Part shown: positions 16,482 to 25,414 of the stretch, piece by piece | How the letters are laid out: every line of letters begins with the position of its first letter | Position numbering within the stretch: position 1 is the stretch's first letter | DNA from: Kiritimatiellia bacterium | GTDB taxonomy: Bacteria; Verrucomicrobiota; Kiritimatiellia; RFP12; UBA1067 | DNA length: 64,000 nucleotides | Reading direction: 5' to 3' | NCBI GenBank assembly: GCA_028686345.1 | Contig: JAQUCE010000011.1 | Location: 1,355-65,354 of the forward strand | Position numbers and translations under genes: made by a program | Notes under the pieces: generated by a model | Seen by the model: only the letters and a program-made list of their open reading frames with translations | Databases searched by the model: none | Told to the model about the DNA's origin: nothing

Positions 16482-17786
16482 TTAGCTCGATGATCCGAGT
16501 GTATTGATAATCTGAATCATAGGCATGAACATCGCGATCACAATCGTTCCGACCACCACAGCCAGCACAATGATCATCAGCGGCTCAATCACGGATGTCA
16601 AACCAGCGACAGCGTTGTCCACCTCATCGTCGTAGGTTTCCGCAACACGTCCAAGCATGTCAGGCAGCGCGCCGGTCTCCTCGCCCACCTCTACCATCGA
16701 GATCACCATCGGGGGGAAAACCTTACAGGCTGAGAGCGGCGTGGTCATGCTCTCACCCTCTTTGACGCTGTCGTGCACCGACTGAATCGCGCGGGAGATC
16801 ACCGCGTTACCGGTGGTGTCGCGCACAATTGTCAGCGCCTGCAGTACCGGAACACCCGAGGAGAGCAGAGTTCCCAAGGTGCGGGTCATGCGGGAAATCG
16901 CGGTTTTCCTGATCAATCCGCCGAAGAGCGGCATATTGATTTTGGCAACATCAAGGATATAAGAGCCGTTTTTTGTTTTGGCAAAGACTTTAAACAGCGT
17001 GACAAAGACCGCAATGCCAATCAGTACGACTATCCAGTTGGCAACCACCAGATTACTGGCGTCCATCACAAACTGTGTGATCGCCGGCAGCGGCTGACCA
17101 GCCAGCAGATCATTAAAAATGTCGCTGAACTTAGGAATCACCGCGACCAGCAAGAACCCGGTGATACCCACCGCGGCGATCAGCACCACAACCGGATAAA
17201 CCATGGCGCCCTTGACCTTGTTCTTGATCTTCTCCGCTTTTTCCGCGAATTCGGCGAGACGGTTGAGCACCACCTCCAGCACACCGCCAGCCTCACCGGC
17301 ACGCACCATGTTGATGTAGAGATTGTCGAAAATTTTGGGGTAGTTGGCGAGCGACTCGGAGAAGGTGCTGCCGCTCTCAACCGCCTCACCCATGCCGCCC
17401 AACGCATCACGCAGGGTCGGATGAGCGGTCTGGCGCTTGAGCACGTTTAATCCACGCAGCAACGGCAGACCCGCGTCCACCAGCGTGGCGAGCTGCCGGG
17501 TCAACACTGTCAGGTCTTTTTGCTTTACCCTGGGCCGCAGAAATTTCGGCATCTTAAACTCAATGTTGGTCTTGCCTAAGCTCTTCTTTTTGGCACCCCC
17601 GGCGGCTGCTCTGGGCGCGGCTTTCTTAGCCGCTGTGCCGCTTCCGCCACCAGCCTCGCCGATCGCGGTTGGAAACAACCCCATGCCGCGGACAGCCGCA
17701 ACGGCCTGCGCCTGGGTCGCGGCTTCCACCGTGCCGCGGCTCTCTTTACCTGTCGAATCTTTAGCAATATACGCAAACTTGGGCAT
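16482..17786 (-). CDS. gspF: Type II secretion / type IV pilus inner-membrane platform protein (GspF/PilC family)
   Basis: MPKFAYIAKDSTGKESRGTVEAATQAQAVAAVRGMGLFP is a typical PilC/GspF N-terminus. Two GspF domains and a polytopic membrane region. The start was trimmed from 17846 to the internal ATG at 17786 (GGAG RBS). Confidence 0.8.
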   Translation of the reverse strand: MPKFAYIAKDSTGKESRGTVEAATQAQAVAAVRGMGLFPTAIGEAGGGSGTAAKKAAPRAAAGGAKKKSLGKTNIEFKMPKFLRPRVKQKDLTVLTRQLATLVDAGLPLLRGLNVLKRQTAHPTLRDALGGMGEAVESGSTFSESLANYPKIFDNLYINMVRAGEAGGVLEVVLNRLAEFAEKAEKIKNKVKGAMVYPVVVLIAAVGITGFLLVAVIPKFSDIFNDLLAGQPLPAITQFVMDASNLVVANWIVVLIGIAVFVTLFKVFAKTKNGSYILDVAKINMPLFGGLIRKTAISRMTRTLGTLLSSGVPVLQALTIVRDTTGNAVISRAIQSVHDSVKEGESMTTPLSACKVFPPMVISMVEVGEETGALPDMLGRVAETYDDEVDNAVAGLTSVIEPLMIIVLAVVVGTIVIAMFMPMIQIINTLGSSS

Positions 17787-17994
17787 AATCAGCTCCGAAA
17801 ATAGTATGTTATCTCTTATGTCTCCGCCCGGCTTCACGCTGTTCAACAGCTACAAAAACAGACAAAAACACCCCTTCTCAAATTTCATGCTTACAGCATA
17901 CCACAGTATGCACCTGACAGTAAATAGCTGTTTTTGCTTTAAAATGCGGTGGTAAGTAATTGAAACCTTAGCCTCTCTGTGTCATAATACGGCA

Positions 17995-19557
17995 ATGAAA
18001 AAAACAAGTGCCCTTTTTAGTGCCCTCCTGATGAGCGTTGTACTCGCCGCCGTTGGGGCAACGCCCTCGCCCGCAACCATTTTTAAAACCGGGTTCGAAG
18101 GGAAATCCGAGCGCGAGCTGTTCAAACTCTGCCCCTCTGCAAGCTTTCCGAGCCAGGACAAAGAGACTTTTCTGAAGGTTAGCGCCACCAGCCGTCAAGC
18201 TAACAACACTTCGTCGATACAGCTTGATCTCGCGCCGTATAAAGGAAAGATGATCGCTGTGAGCGCCCGCGTCAAAGCCGACGAGGTTTCAGAGCCAGAT
18301 CAAAGATGGAACGGTGTCAAGCTGATGCTGCACTTTGAAACCGAATCCAAGGGCAAGGAGTGGCCAGGGGCCAACATTGATAGCGGCTCTTTTGATTGGA
18401 AAACCATCAGCTTCACCACCGTCTTGCCCGAGGATATCAGCGCTGCGACTTTGAACCTCGGGTTGCAGGACAGCACAGGCACTGTCTGCTTTGATGATAT
18501 CCGAATAGTTATAACCAAACGCCAGCGCATCCAGCACCCACCCCCAGGGAGCTTTACGCAGAAGGCATTCAAAGGCCACCCTCTACCGCGCCTGCGCGGC
18601 GCCATGACCGGCTCTAAGCTGGAGGAGGAGGACATCCGCACCTTTGCACAGGATTGGGGCGGCAATCTCCTGCGCTTCCAGATCAACCGCAACTGGCACG
18701 CCTCCAATGATAACCGCGACCTGGCAGAGTACAACCTTTGGATCGACTCGCAGCTTGATCTGCTTGAACGTGTCCTGCCGCTCTGCCGAAAATACGGGGT
18801 GTATGTCGCGCTTGACCTGCACGCCCTGCCTGGCGGTCGCTATACAGACCGCTCCATGGCAATGTTCTACGAGCCGGTTTATGCCGCTGCGTTCATCGAG
18901 GTGTGGGAGAAAATTGCCCGCCGATGCAAGGGCAACCCTGTGATCTGGGCCTATGACCTGGTCAATGAACCAGTGCACGCGCACCTCATCCCGGAGGGCA
19001 TGGCTGATTTCTGGGAGTTGCAAACTGCCGCTGCGCGCGCTATCCGCGCGATTGAACCGGACAAGCCCATTATTTTCGAGGTGTTTATGTGGGATTCACC
19101 CGAGGGCTTCAACTACGTGCGCCCGGTAGAGCTGCCAAACATCATCTACCAGGCCCACATGTATGAGCCTGGACGTTTCACACATCAGGGCATATCCGGG
19201 AATCCATTTGATATCCGCTACCCTGGGGTGATCAATGGCCGGGAGGAAAATCAGGCGACCCTGCGGGAGTACCTAAAGCCTGTGCGCGACTTTCAACTGG
19301 CCTACAACCAGCATATCTATCTCGGCGAATTCAGCGCAGCCCGCTGGGCGCCTGGCGCGGAGCGCTACCTGAGCGATGTGATTGAAATCTTTGAGGAATA
19401 TGGCTGGGACTGGAGCTACCACGCCTACCGTGAGGCTCAGTGCTGGAGCCTGGAACACACAGAGGATAAAAACAAAACTGAACTGGCCCGTGAACCAACC
19501 CAGCGGTTGCAAATCATTAAAAAATGGTTTTCACAAAACAAGAGGGCCTTCCAATGA
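17995..19557 (+). CDS. Secreted glycoside hydrolase family 5 (cellulase/mannanase-type) with an N-terminal extra domain
   Basis: Signal peptide. GH5 catalytic motifs: IWAYDLVNEP (acid/base) and YLGEFSA (nucleophile). Confidence 0.8.
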   Translation: MKKTSALFSALLMSVVLAAVGATPSPATIFKTGFEGKSERELFKLCPSASFPSQDKETFLKVSATSRQANNTSSIQLDLAPYKGKMIAVSARVKADEVSEPDQRWNGVKLMLHFETESKGKEWPGANIDSGSFDWKTISFTTVLPEDISAATLNLGLQDSTGTVCFDDIRIVITKRQRIQHPPPGSFTQKAFKGHPLPRLRGAMTGSKLEEEDIRTFAQDWGGNLLRFQINRNWHASNDNRDLAEYNLWIDSQLDLLERVLPLCRKYGVYVALDLHALPGGRYTDRSMAMFYEPVYAAAFIEVWEKIARRCKGNPVIWAYDLVNEPVHAHLIPEGMADFWELQTAAARAIRAIEPDKPIIFEVFMWDSPEGFNYVRPVELPNIIYQAHMYEPGRFTHQGISGNPFDIRYPGVINGREENQATLREYLKPVRDFQLAYNQHIYLGEFSAARWAPGAERYLSDVIEIFEEYGWDWSYHAYREAQCWSLEHTEDKNKTELAREPTQRLQIIKKWFSQNKRAFQ

Positions 19558-20609
19558 CCACCCGGCTTTTATGGTGGGGACACTTTGATCCCCTGTACTC
19601 GCGCAACGGAGTGCTGCGCGAACAGATGCGCGCGCTCAGGATTGAGATTACGGATTTCCATCCGGTTTTTTCCCGCTGCGCTGATCTCGAGGCCGCGCTC
19701 CGCCGCCTGCCGCGTCCGGACGCTGTGTGGCTGCCCTGCTTCCGCCAGCGTGATGTCGTTGCCGCGCGGCGCTGGTGCGACAGCCAAGGTCTGCCGCTGA
19801 TCTTCGACCCCTTAATCAGCGCCTATGACAAACAGCTTTTCGAACGCTGTAAGCTGAAACAGAGTAACCGCGCAGCCCTCCGACTGCTGCGCTGGGAACA
19901 AAGGGTATTCAGCATGGCTGATCTTGTGATTGCCGACACCACCTGCCACGCGCAATTTTTCCAAGAGAGTTTAGGGGTAGACGCAAACAAGACCTCCATC
20001 ATCTATGTTGGCGCAGAGGAGAGACTCTTCCGTCCGCAGATCAAAGCCGCACCCTCTGATCCGATTGATGTGCTCTTCTATGGCAGCTACATCCCCCTGC
20101 ACGGAGCACAGACCATTGTTGAGGCAGCGCGCTGTTACAACGGGCCGCCCGCGCGCTGGCATATGCTCGGCAACGGCCCTGCACGGCAGAGGTGCGAAAA
20201 GAGCGCGCAAGGTTTGGTAAATCTCTGTTTTGAATCGTACCTGCCCTACAGCGAACTGCCGCAGCGCATCCACCAGGCTGACATTTTACTCGGAGTTTTC
20301 GGCACCACAGCCAAAGCCGGGCGCGTGATGCCCAACAAGGTTTTTCAGGCGCTGGCCGCAGGGCGACCAGTGATCACCCGCGCCTGCGAGGCCTATCCAA
20401 CTGCGCTGCACAATTCGCACGCCCTCCAGTTTATTGAACCTGGCTCGCCTGTGGCACTGGCGCAAGCAGTTAAAAAGTGGGCTGAAAATCCAGAGTCTCT
20501 CCAGTCGCGCGGCACCGCAGCCGCTGAAATTTACCGGCAACATCTCTCCGCAGCTGTCATCCAAGAGCAGATCCGCCACGCGTTTGAACGTTTGACGTTT
20601 GACGTTTGA
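19554..20609 (+). CDS. Glycosyltransferase, family 1/GT4-like
   Basis: ATGA overlap with the GH5 stop. The C-terminal half has the GT-B fold pattern (...FGTTAKAGRVMPNKVFQALAAGRPVIT...). The first ATG (19524) overlaps GH5 by 34 nt, so the start at 19554 is preferred. Confidence 0.6.
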   Translation: MTTRLLWWGHFDPLYSRNGVLREQMRALRIEITDFHPVFSRCADLEAALRRLPRPDAVWLPCFRQRDVVAARRWCDSQGLPLIFDPLISAYDKQLFERCKLKQSNRAALRLLRWEQRVFSMADLVIADTTCHAQFFQESLGVDANKTSIIYVGAEERLFRPQIKAAPSDPIDVLFYGSYIPLHGAQTIVEAARCYNGPPARWHMLGNGPARQRCEKSAQGLVNLCFESYLPYSELPQRIHQADILLGVFGTTAKAGRVMPNKVFQALAAGRPVITRACEAYPTALHNSHALQFIEPGSPVALAQAVKKWAENPESLQSRGTAAAEIYRQHLSAAVIQEQIRHAFERLTFDV

Positions 20610-20670
20610 GCGTTTGAGCGTTTGACGTTTGACGTTTGAACGTTTGAGCGTTTGAACGTTTGACGTTTGA
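20581..20670. repeat. Tandem array of about 12 copies of CGTTTGA heptamers, with occasional 1-nt A/G spacers, spanning the last 9 codons of the glycosyltransferase and about 60 bp downstream
   Basis: cgtttgaacgtttgacgtttgacgtttgagcgtttgagcgtttgacgtttgacgtttgaacgtttgagcgtttgaacgtttgacgtttga. Confidence 0.85.
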
Positions 20671-20689
20671 GGGGCGCGGTTTTGCGGTT

Positions 20690-21125
20690 GAAACTTTTAG
20701 GGCAGCTGTAGATCCACTGGACATATGGGTCAAAACAGTTGCACTTTATTTTTGGAAACCGCAAAGAACACATAGACCACAAAGGGTTTTACCGAATAAC
20801 ACGAATTTGCGCGAATAGCGTGTAGCTGCATAACATTCGTGTCATTCGCGTTATTCGTAGTTTAAAAAAAGGTGGGGAAGATTTTGCGCCTTTTGCGTTT
20901 TTTTGCGGCTAAATATAGCGCAGTAAAAGAGAGAAGTAGTAGCCGCAAAAAGGCACAGAAAGCGCAAAAGAAGGAACTTTATTATTTTGAGGTGAAAAAT
21001 GGGGGTCCACCGCATAGCGGCGGACATACTTAAAGCAACACAGTATATCCGCCGCTATGCGGTGGATGATTGCGCAACAAGCCGCAGTAAGGAGCGCTAA
21101 ACAACTTTTCGGAAAGAACAATCAG
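20690..21125. repeat. Composite intergenic repeat, copy C
   Basis: cactggacatatgggtcaaaacagttgcactttatttttggaaaccgcaaagaaca (module also at 3563-3622 and 30633-30690 inverted). The 20780-20950 module (..gcgccttttgcgtttttttgcggctaaatatagcgcagtaaaagagagaagtagtagccgcaaaa) is the reverse complement of 30350-30470. There is a long palindrome ccaccgcatagcggcgga...tccgccgctatgcggtgg at about 21005-21070. Confidence 0.55.
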
Positions 21126-21178
21126 TTGCCAGCAACTCGGAGTCGCGGCCTACACCCCCACATACAGCTTCCCGCAAT

Positions 21179-22312
21179 TCACGGAGCGCGGTGACCCTTC
21201 CGCACTGCCGCCACCACGGCCTCCATGGCGTCAGACTGCTGCTCCATGCTGCGCACCATCTGGAACTGCACCCGGCAGCGATCCAAATTCTGGCCCGCAC
21301 GATGGGTTCTGAAGTAAACATCGCCACACAGATAGTCGGTCAGAAACCTGATTCCAATGGTCATGGTAATCACCCGCCCTGAGAATACCAGCTCATCCAG
21401 CTCAGCCTCATTCAGGAAGCCGGCCTCTGAGAGATACCCCCGCGCTAACGCCTCAAACACATCAATCCGAGTGCCTGCCAGGGAGAGGTCTTGCTCATCC
21501 TCGGCTGAAGCCGCTGCGGCGGAGCGCACCATGTCGCCGAAATCATAGAGCGCTAGACCAGGCATGACTGTGTCGAGATCAATCACACAAACCCCTTTGC
21601 CGCTGGCATCATCCAACATCACGTTGTTGATCTTAGTGTCGTTGTGCGTGATCCGCTCGGGAATTTCGCCAGCCTCAAAACGCCGGATCAGGCGACCGCA
21701 CTCCTCGCGCCGCTGATTGACAAACTCAATCTCAGCCTGCACCTCGGCTGCGCGGCCATGCGCATCCTCGGCAATCGCCCGGTCGAGCGTCTCAATCCTT
21801 TTGGGAGTGTGGTGAAAATCAGGGATAGTTTCGTGCAGACGCGGCAACGGCAGATCCGCCAACTGATTTTGAAAAACAGCAAAGGCGCGCGCCGCCTCAT
21901 AGGCAAAGCTATTATCATCAATTTGATCCCAGGTGCGGGCCTTTTCAATAAAGAGATAGCCGCGCCACCAGTTGCCATCCTCATCACGCACATAGGGCAG
22001 GCCCTCGTTCGACATCAAAACTGTCAGACATCTGCGGCTGGCATCCAGGTCATCGGGATCAGCTATTTTCGTCCATTGATGCTCAGTCACCCGCAGGATA
22101 TTCTCCATCAACTGCGCGGGGTTTTTAAAGATCGAATGGTTAATGCGCTGCAGAAGATAGTTTAAGGGGGTGCCAGCCAGATTCATGGCAACCTTATAGG
22201 TGTCATTGATATGCCCGGAGCCATAGCGCTCCGCTGCAACCACATCACCCAGCAAAGGAAACTGCCGCACCACCGCACGCAGCCTCGCAAAATCAAATTC
22301 AACTCTTTTCAT
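21179..22312 (-). CDS. Phosphotransferase-family kinase (APH/choline-kinase-like fold), possibly an amino-sugar (N-acetylhexosamine/glucosamine) kinase
   Basis: Nucleotide-binding region YGSGHINDTY, catalytic HNDTKINNVMLD (Brenner motif), DxD (VIDLD). The internal ATG at 22312 was chosen. Confidence 0.6.
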   Translation of the reverse strand: MKRVEFDFARLRAVVRQFPLLGDVVAAERYGSGHINDTYKVAMNLAGTPLNYLLQRINHSIFKNPAQLMENILRVTEHQWTKIADPDDLDASRRCLTVLMSNEGLPYVRDEDGNWWRGYLFIEKARTWDQIDDNSFAYEAARAFAVFQNQLADLPLPRLHETIPDFHHTPKRIETLDRAIAEDAHGRAAEVQAEIEFVNQRREECGRLIRRFEAGEIPERITHNDTKINNVMLDDASGKGVCVIDLDTVMPGLALYDFGDMVRSAAAASAEDEQDLSLAGTRIDVFEALARGYLSEAGFLNEAELDELVFSGRVITMTIGIRFLTDYLCGDVYFRTHRAGQNLDRCRVQFQMVRSMEQQSDAMEAVVAAVRKGHRAP

Positions 22313-22509
22313 ATTTTTCCTTAAATTGCGTTCGTGTTGCGCACGAACAACATATTTCATAAACCGCCTTTGGCACATTTGCACCAGACGCGCGACTCCC
22401 GAGCTTCATCAAAGTGTACAGTGTAGGGTTGGCTCTATGAGCCAACCAAAGGCGCAGCCGACCTCAGTAAGCTCCGGTTTCCAACCGGACAGTCCGATAA
22501 AGTTATGGC

Positions 22510-23349
22510 TTACAGCTGCGCCAGCACCTCTGCCTTAAACTGCTCGATCAAATCGGAGACAAACGCCGCAACTGAGAGAGTGTCATCCTTGATCAGCGGT
22601 GTCATATCCATAGCAAAGCTCAACGCATCCGACTGATCCACATTGTGGGATTCAAAGAAAGTCGCGTGCGCACTACGGCGTCCAGCCACTGCCAGATCAT
22701 AGCGCTTGCCGCCGGTGATCTGCGAATCAAAGATTCCAGAGAGCGCGGCGGAGATATTGGTGCGCTCGCTGACATCCAGCACCACCTTGAGCGAGTCTGG
22801 CAGCCAATCCAGATCGCGCCAAATTTCACACCCTAATACCTGGGCAGGGCGCTGGGCAGGCTCCATCTTGCGCAGTGCTTTGATCAGCGCGCGGCTGACC
22901 CCCACGTGGGTGGCGTGTTTATCCGCGGGATTGTGCGTATAAACCACCTGCGGCCGCGCAGCGATCAAGATGTTATAGAGATCCTCAACAACCTCGCTCT
23001 GATCCTCCCCTTTGACAGCGGAGCTGGGATAATCGAGCTGCAACTGAGCCGAGTATTGACCCAGGATCGCCGCATTCCGCTGCTCTTTGCAACGTATAAC
23101 GCGCATCTCTTCGTCGGTACAGGCAGCGTAGATGCCGGAGCGTGAACTTCCGGCACCATCGGTGACAGTCACACCGCTGAACCACTGATCCTGCAGGCCG
23201 AAACACCTCAGAATTCCATGCATGGCCATAAACTCCAGGTCATCCTGATGGGCGCCGACACCCAGATGGGTGGTGCGTGACAGCGCCGCAACCGGCTCCA
23301 TGCCATCCGGCACAAAAAAATCCGCACTTTTCCGAAATAATTTAATCAT
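22510..23349 (-). CDS. PIG-L/LmbE-family N-acetylglucosaminyl deacetylase
   Basis: LGVGAHQDDLEF (compare the GAHPDDE zinc-binding motif) and downstream His/Asp motifs VYTHNPADKHATH. 279 aa. Confidence 0.7.
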   Translation of the reverse strand: MIKLFRKSADFFVPDGMEPVAALSRTTHLGVGAHQDDLEFMAMHGILRCFGLQDQWFSGVTVTDGAGSSRSGIYAACTDEEMRVIRCKEQRNAAILGQYSAQLQLDYPSSAVKGEDQSEVVEDLYNILIAARPQVVYTHNPADKHATHVGVSRALIKALRKMEPAQRPAQVLGCEIWRDLDWLPDSLKVVLDVSERTNISAALSGIFDSQITGGKRYDLAVAGRRSAHATFFESHNVDQSDALSFAMDMTPLIKDDTLSVAAFVSDLIEQFKAEVLAQL

Positions 23350-23399
23350 GTCTCAATCTCCTTTTAGGTTTAAATTCTAGGGGGTTACAAGCTATACGC

Positions 23400-23700
23400 C
23401 ACGGAATTGGGGATAATCGTAACCTGCCGTACAGATTATGCCAAGCAAAAACGTTCGGCAAACTGCCACAGGGCTAAAATTTCCCAACCCCGCCATTTTC
23501 TTGCCTCAAAATGCAATGCCGCTGGTAGAGCGGCTGCTACACCGAACGACAACCCTTGCATTTCACAGTGCAGCGCATGTGTAGCAGTCGCTATATGAGC
23601 GGCATAAACACGTGTGAAGCGGCTTCGGTTGACGATGACGTGCGACAATGTTAACCGACGATTGGGATCATGCGGGGCTCGTTACAATTATAGTTGCTGA
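23400..23700. repeat. Composite intergenic repeat, copy D
   Basis: gccgctggtagagcggctgctacaccgaacgacaacccttgcatttcacagtgcagcgcatgtgtagcagtcgct...gacaatgttaaccgacgattgggatcatgcggggctcg, shared with 7580-7720, 31120-31200 and 43060-43160. Confidence 0.55.
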
Positions 23701-23748
23701 ATCCCTTGCTTTTCAGCTATGCTTTATAGGAAGCACATAAAAAAGTAG

Positions 23749-23767
23749 AGTAAGCATCCTGCTTGCT
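23749..23767. promoter_or_regulatory. Near-perfect palindrome AGTAAGCATCCTGCTTGCT about 40 bp upstream of the znuA start codon; candidate operator
   Basis: The same palindrome family is seen at 16328-16346 (AGCAAGCAGGATGCTTGCT, 15-33 nt upstream of the gspG ATG) and at 30088-30106 (TGCAAGCATCTTGCTTGCA). Confidence 0.35.
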
Positions 23768-23804
23768 ATGGAATTCCATTCAAAGTGGAGTTAAAGAAAG
23801 TTGC

Positions 23805-24734
23805 ATGACATCGATGTTTTTAAAATTAATTGTAATACACGCCTTTTCAGCCATCTTATGCACGTTGGCTGCATTGGGCGGGAGCGCGCAGCTGAGTGTC
23901 GCCTCTCTCAACCCGGTTCTAACTGATCTGGCACGCCAGATCGGCGGCGAGCGGGTGACAGTAATCGAGCTGATGCGGACGGACGAGAACCCCCATGCCT
24001 ATAACCCCACCCCCCGGCAGCTGCAGGCAGCCGGCCAGGCCCAACTCATTCTAGCCTCTGGTAAAGGGCTGGAGAGTTATCTGCAGGACATCCGCGACAA
24101 CCTGACCCAAGGGCAGCGGCTGCTAGAGGTCGGCGCAACTATTCCCTCATTAATCGCGGAGCACAGCGACTGCGGCCATGATCACCACCATCACGACGCT
24201 GTTGACCCCCACTGGTGGCACAGCATCAAAAACATAAAACGCGCTGGGCGCATCATCGCAGCAGCCTTAGCCGAATTAGCCCCGCAGAGCTCGGATTATT
24301 TTCATACGCGACGGGACGAATATAATCGCAAGCTGGATCAACTGGAGCGCTGGGCCAGAAAAGAGCTCGCTACAATCCCCCGTTCAGAGCGAGTTCTAAC
24401 AACCGCGCACAACTCATTTGGCTACTTTTGCCGTGACTTCGGCTTTGAGACCGCCCCTATTCTGGGCCTCTCCTCTGAAACAACCCCTGAGCCGCGGCAG
24501 ATCACCGAGATTGTCAAAACCGTGAAACTGAAGAACATCAAGGCGGTTTTCCCTGAAAAAAATGTCAACCCAAAAACAGTTGAGACCATTGCGCGCGAGA
24601 CAGGCATCCAGCTCGGCGGCTATCTCCTGGCCGGCAGCCCGGAAAAGGAGAACCCCACCTATGAAGCCATGTTCCGTCACAATGTTTCAACCATCACCAA
24701 AGCACTCGCGCCAATGAAAACCCAGGCGCAGTGA
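23805..24734 (+). CDS. znuA: Metal (zinc-type) ABC transporter periplasmic substrate-binding protein, ZnuA/TroA family
   Basis: Signal peptide MTSMFLKLIVIHAFSAILCTLAALGGSA. His-rich loop SDCGHDHHHHDAVDPHWWH characteristic of ZnuA. The track ORF starts with TTG at 23763; the ATG at 23805 is preferred. Confidence 0.75.
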   Translation: MTSMFLKLIVIHAFSAILCTLAALGGSAQLSVASLNPVLTDLARQIGGERVTVIELMRTDENPHAYNPTPRQLQAAGQAQLILASGKGLESYLQDIRDNLTQGQRLLEVGATIPSLIAEHSDCGHDHHHHDAVDPHWWHSIKNIKRAGRIIAAALAELAPQSSDYFHTRRDEYNRKLDQLERWARKELATIPRSERVLTTAHNSFGYFCRDFGFETAPILGLSSETTPEPRQITEIVKTVKLKNIKAVFPEKNVNPKTVETIARETGIQLGGYLLAGSPEKENPTYEAMFRHNVSTITKALAPMKTQAQ

Positions 24735-24752
24735 TGAAGAAAGCGTAAAACT

Positions 24753-25187
24753 GTGAGAGGCAGCCCGGTAAAAGAGTGGATCGTGTTTTCAATGCTCTGG
24801 CTTCTGCTGGCTGTACCTGCCGTTAAGCTGACCCAGGGACGAAGCCAGCCGCAGCCCACCCCCGCCTTGCAGACAAGCGCATCCGCGGCTGAGCGCTCTG
24901 CGCCGGCAACTGCCGTATTCCGCTATACAGGTGGCCCCTCCGGGTTCAGAGTGCTCCAGCAGGGCAAGGTGCTGTGCGAGAGCATTGCCCCCCCGCCGGG
25001 CGGGATTGAATGCCAGTTCACCCTGCAGCTGAACAGGAACAGCGCGGAGCTCAACCTGCAGGCTAGCTGGCCCGATGATCAGGAACATGTGTTTGAGATT
25101 GAACTCATCGTCGATAACCTTGAGGAGCAGCGCGCCCTGCGCTGGGCACAGGCAAAACTCGATGATATTGTAAGCTTCGAATGGTAA
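24753..25187 (+). CDS. Small secreted hypothetical protein (144 aa) encoded between znuA and znuC
   Basis: Signal-peptide-like N-terminus (WIVFSMLWLLLAVPAVKL) in an operon position. No recognisable domain. Confidence 0.4.
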   Translation: MRGSPVKEWIVFSMLWLLLAVPAVKLTQGRSQPQPTPALQTSASAAERSAPATAVFRYTGGPSGFRVLQQGKVLCESIAPPPGGIECQFTLQLNRNSAELNLQASWPDDQEHVFEIELIVDNLEEQRALRWAQAKLDDIVSFEW

Positions 25188-25199
25188 CTGCACAATAAC

Positions 25200-25400
25200 C
25201 GGCCGGAGAACAAAAAGCCTAGCGCAGCATAGCCACAACCAATTTTTTATCTCTCACAGAGGCACAGAGTTCTCTGAGCAATACAACTGCCACTCTCTGT
25301 GTCCTCTGTGCCTCTGTGAGAGCTAAAGCGTGCAAAAAGCACGAGAATGAATGATAGTAGCACGCTAAAGCGTGAACAACAAACAGCTGCTGCTTGTTGA
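25200..25400. repeat. Hairpin-rich intergenic repeat modules upstream of znuC
   Basis: cctagcgcagcatagccacaaccaattttttatctctcacagagg is the reverse complement of the module at 27018-27058 and 30589-30630. There is a nested long hairpin ctctcacagaggcacagag ... ctctgtgcctctgtgagag. gcacgctaaagcgtgaacaacaaacagctgctgcttgttg is related to 29955-30000 and 38745-38775. Confidence 0.55.
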
Positions 25401-25414
25401 GAGGGTAATAATCA

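Noticed and set aside
20581-20670. Possible CRISPR array
   Set aside because: The units are 7-8 bp with no unique spacers. There is no leader or cas genes. It is a microsatellite-like heptamer tract.
21644-22165. 173-aa plus-strand ORF inside the kinase gene
   Set aside because: It is antisense to a CDS with clear catalytic motifs and is judged to be a high-GC artefact.
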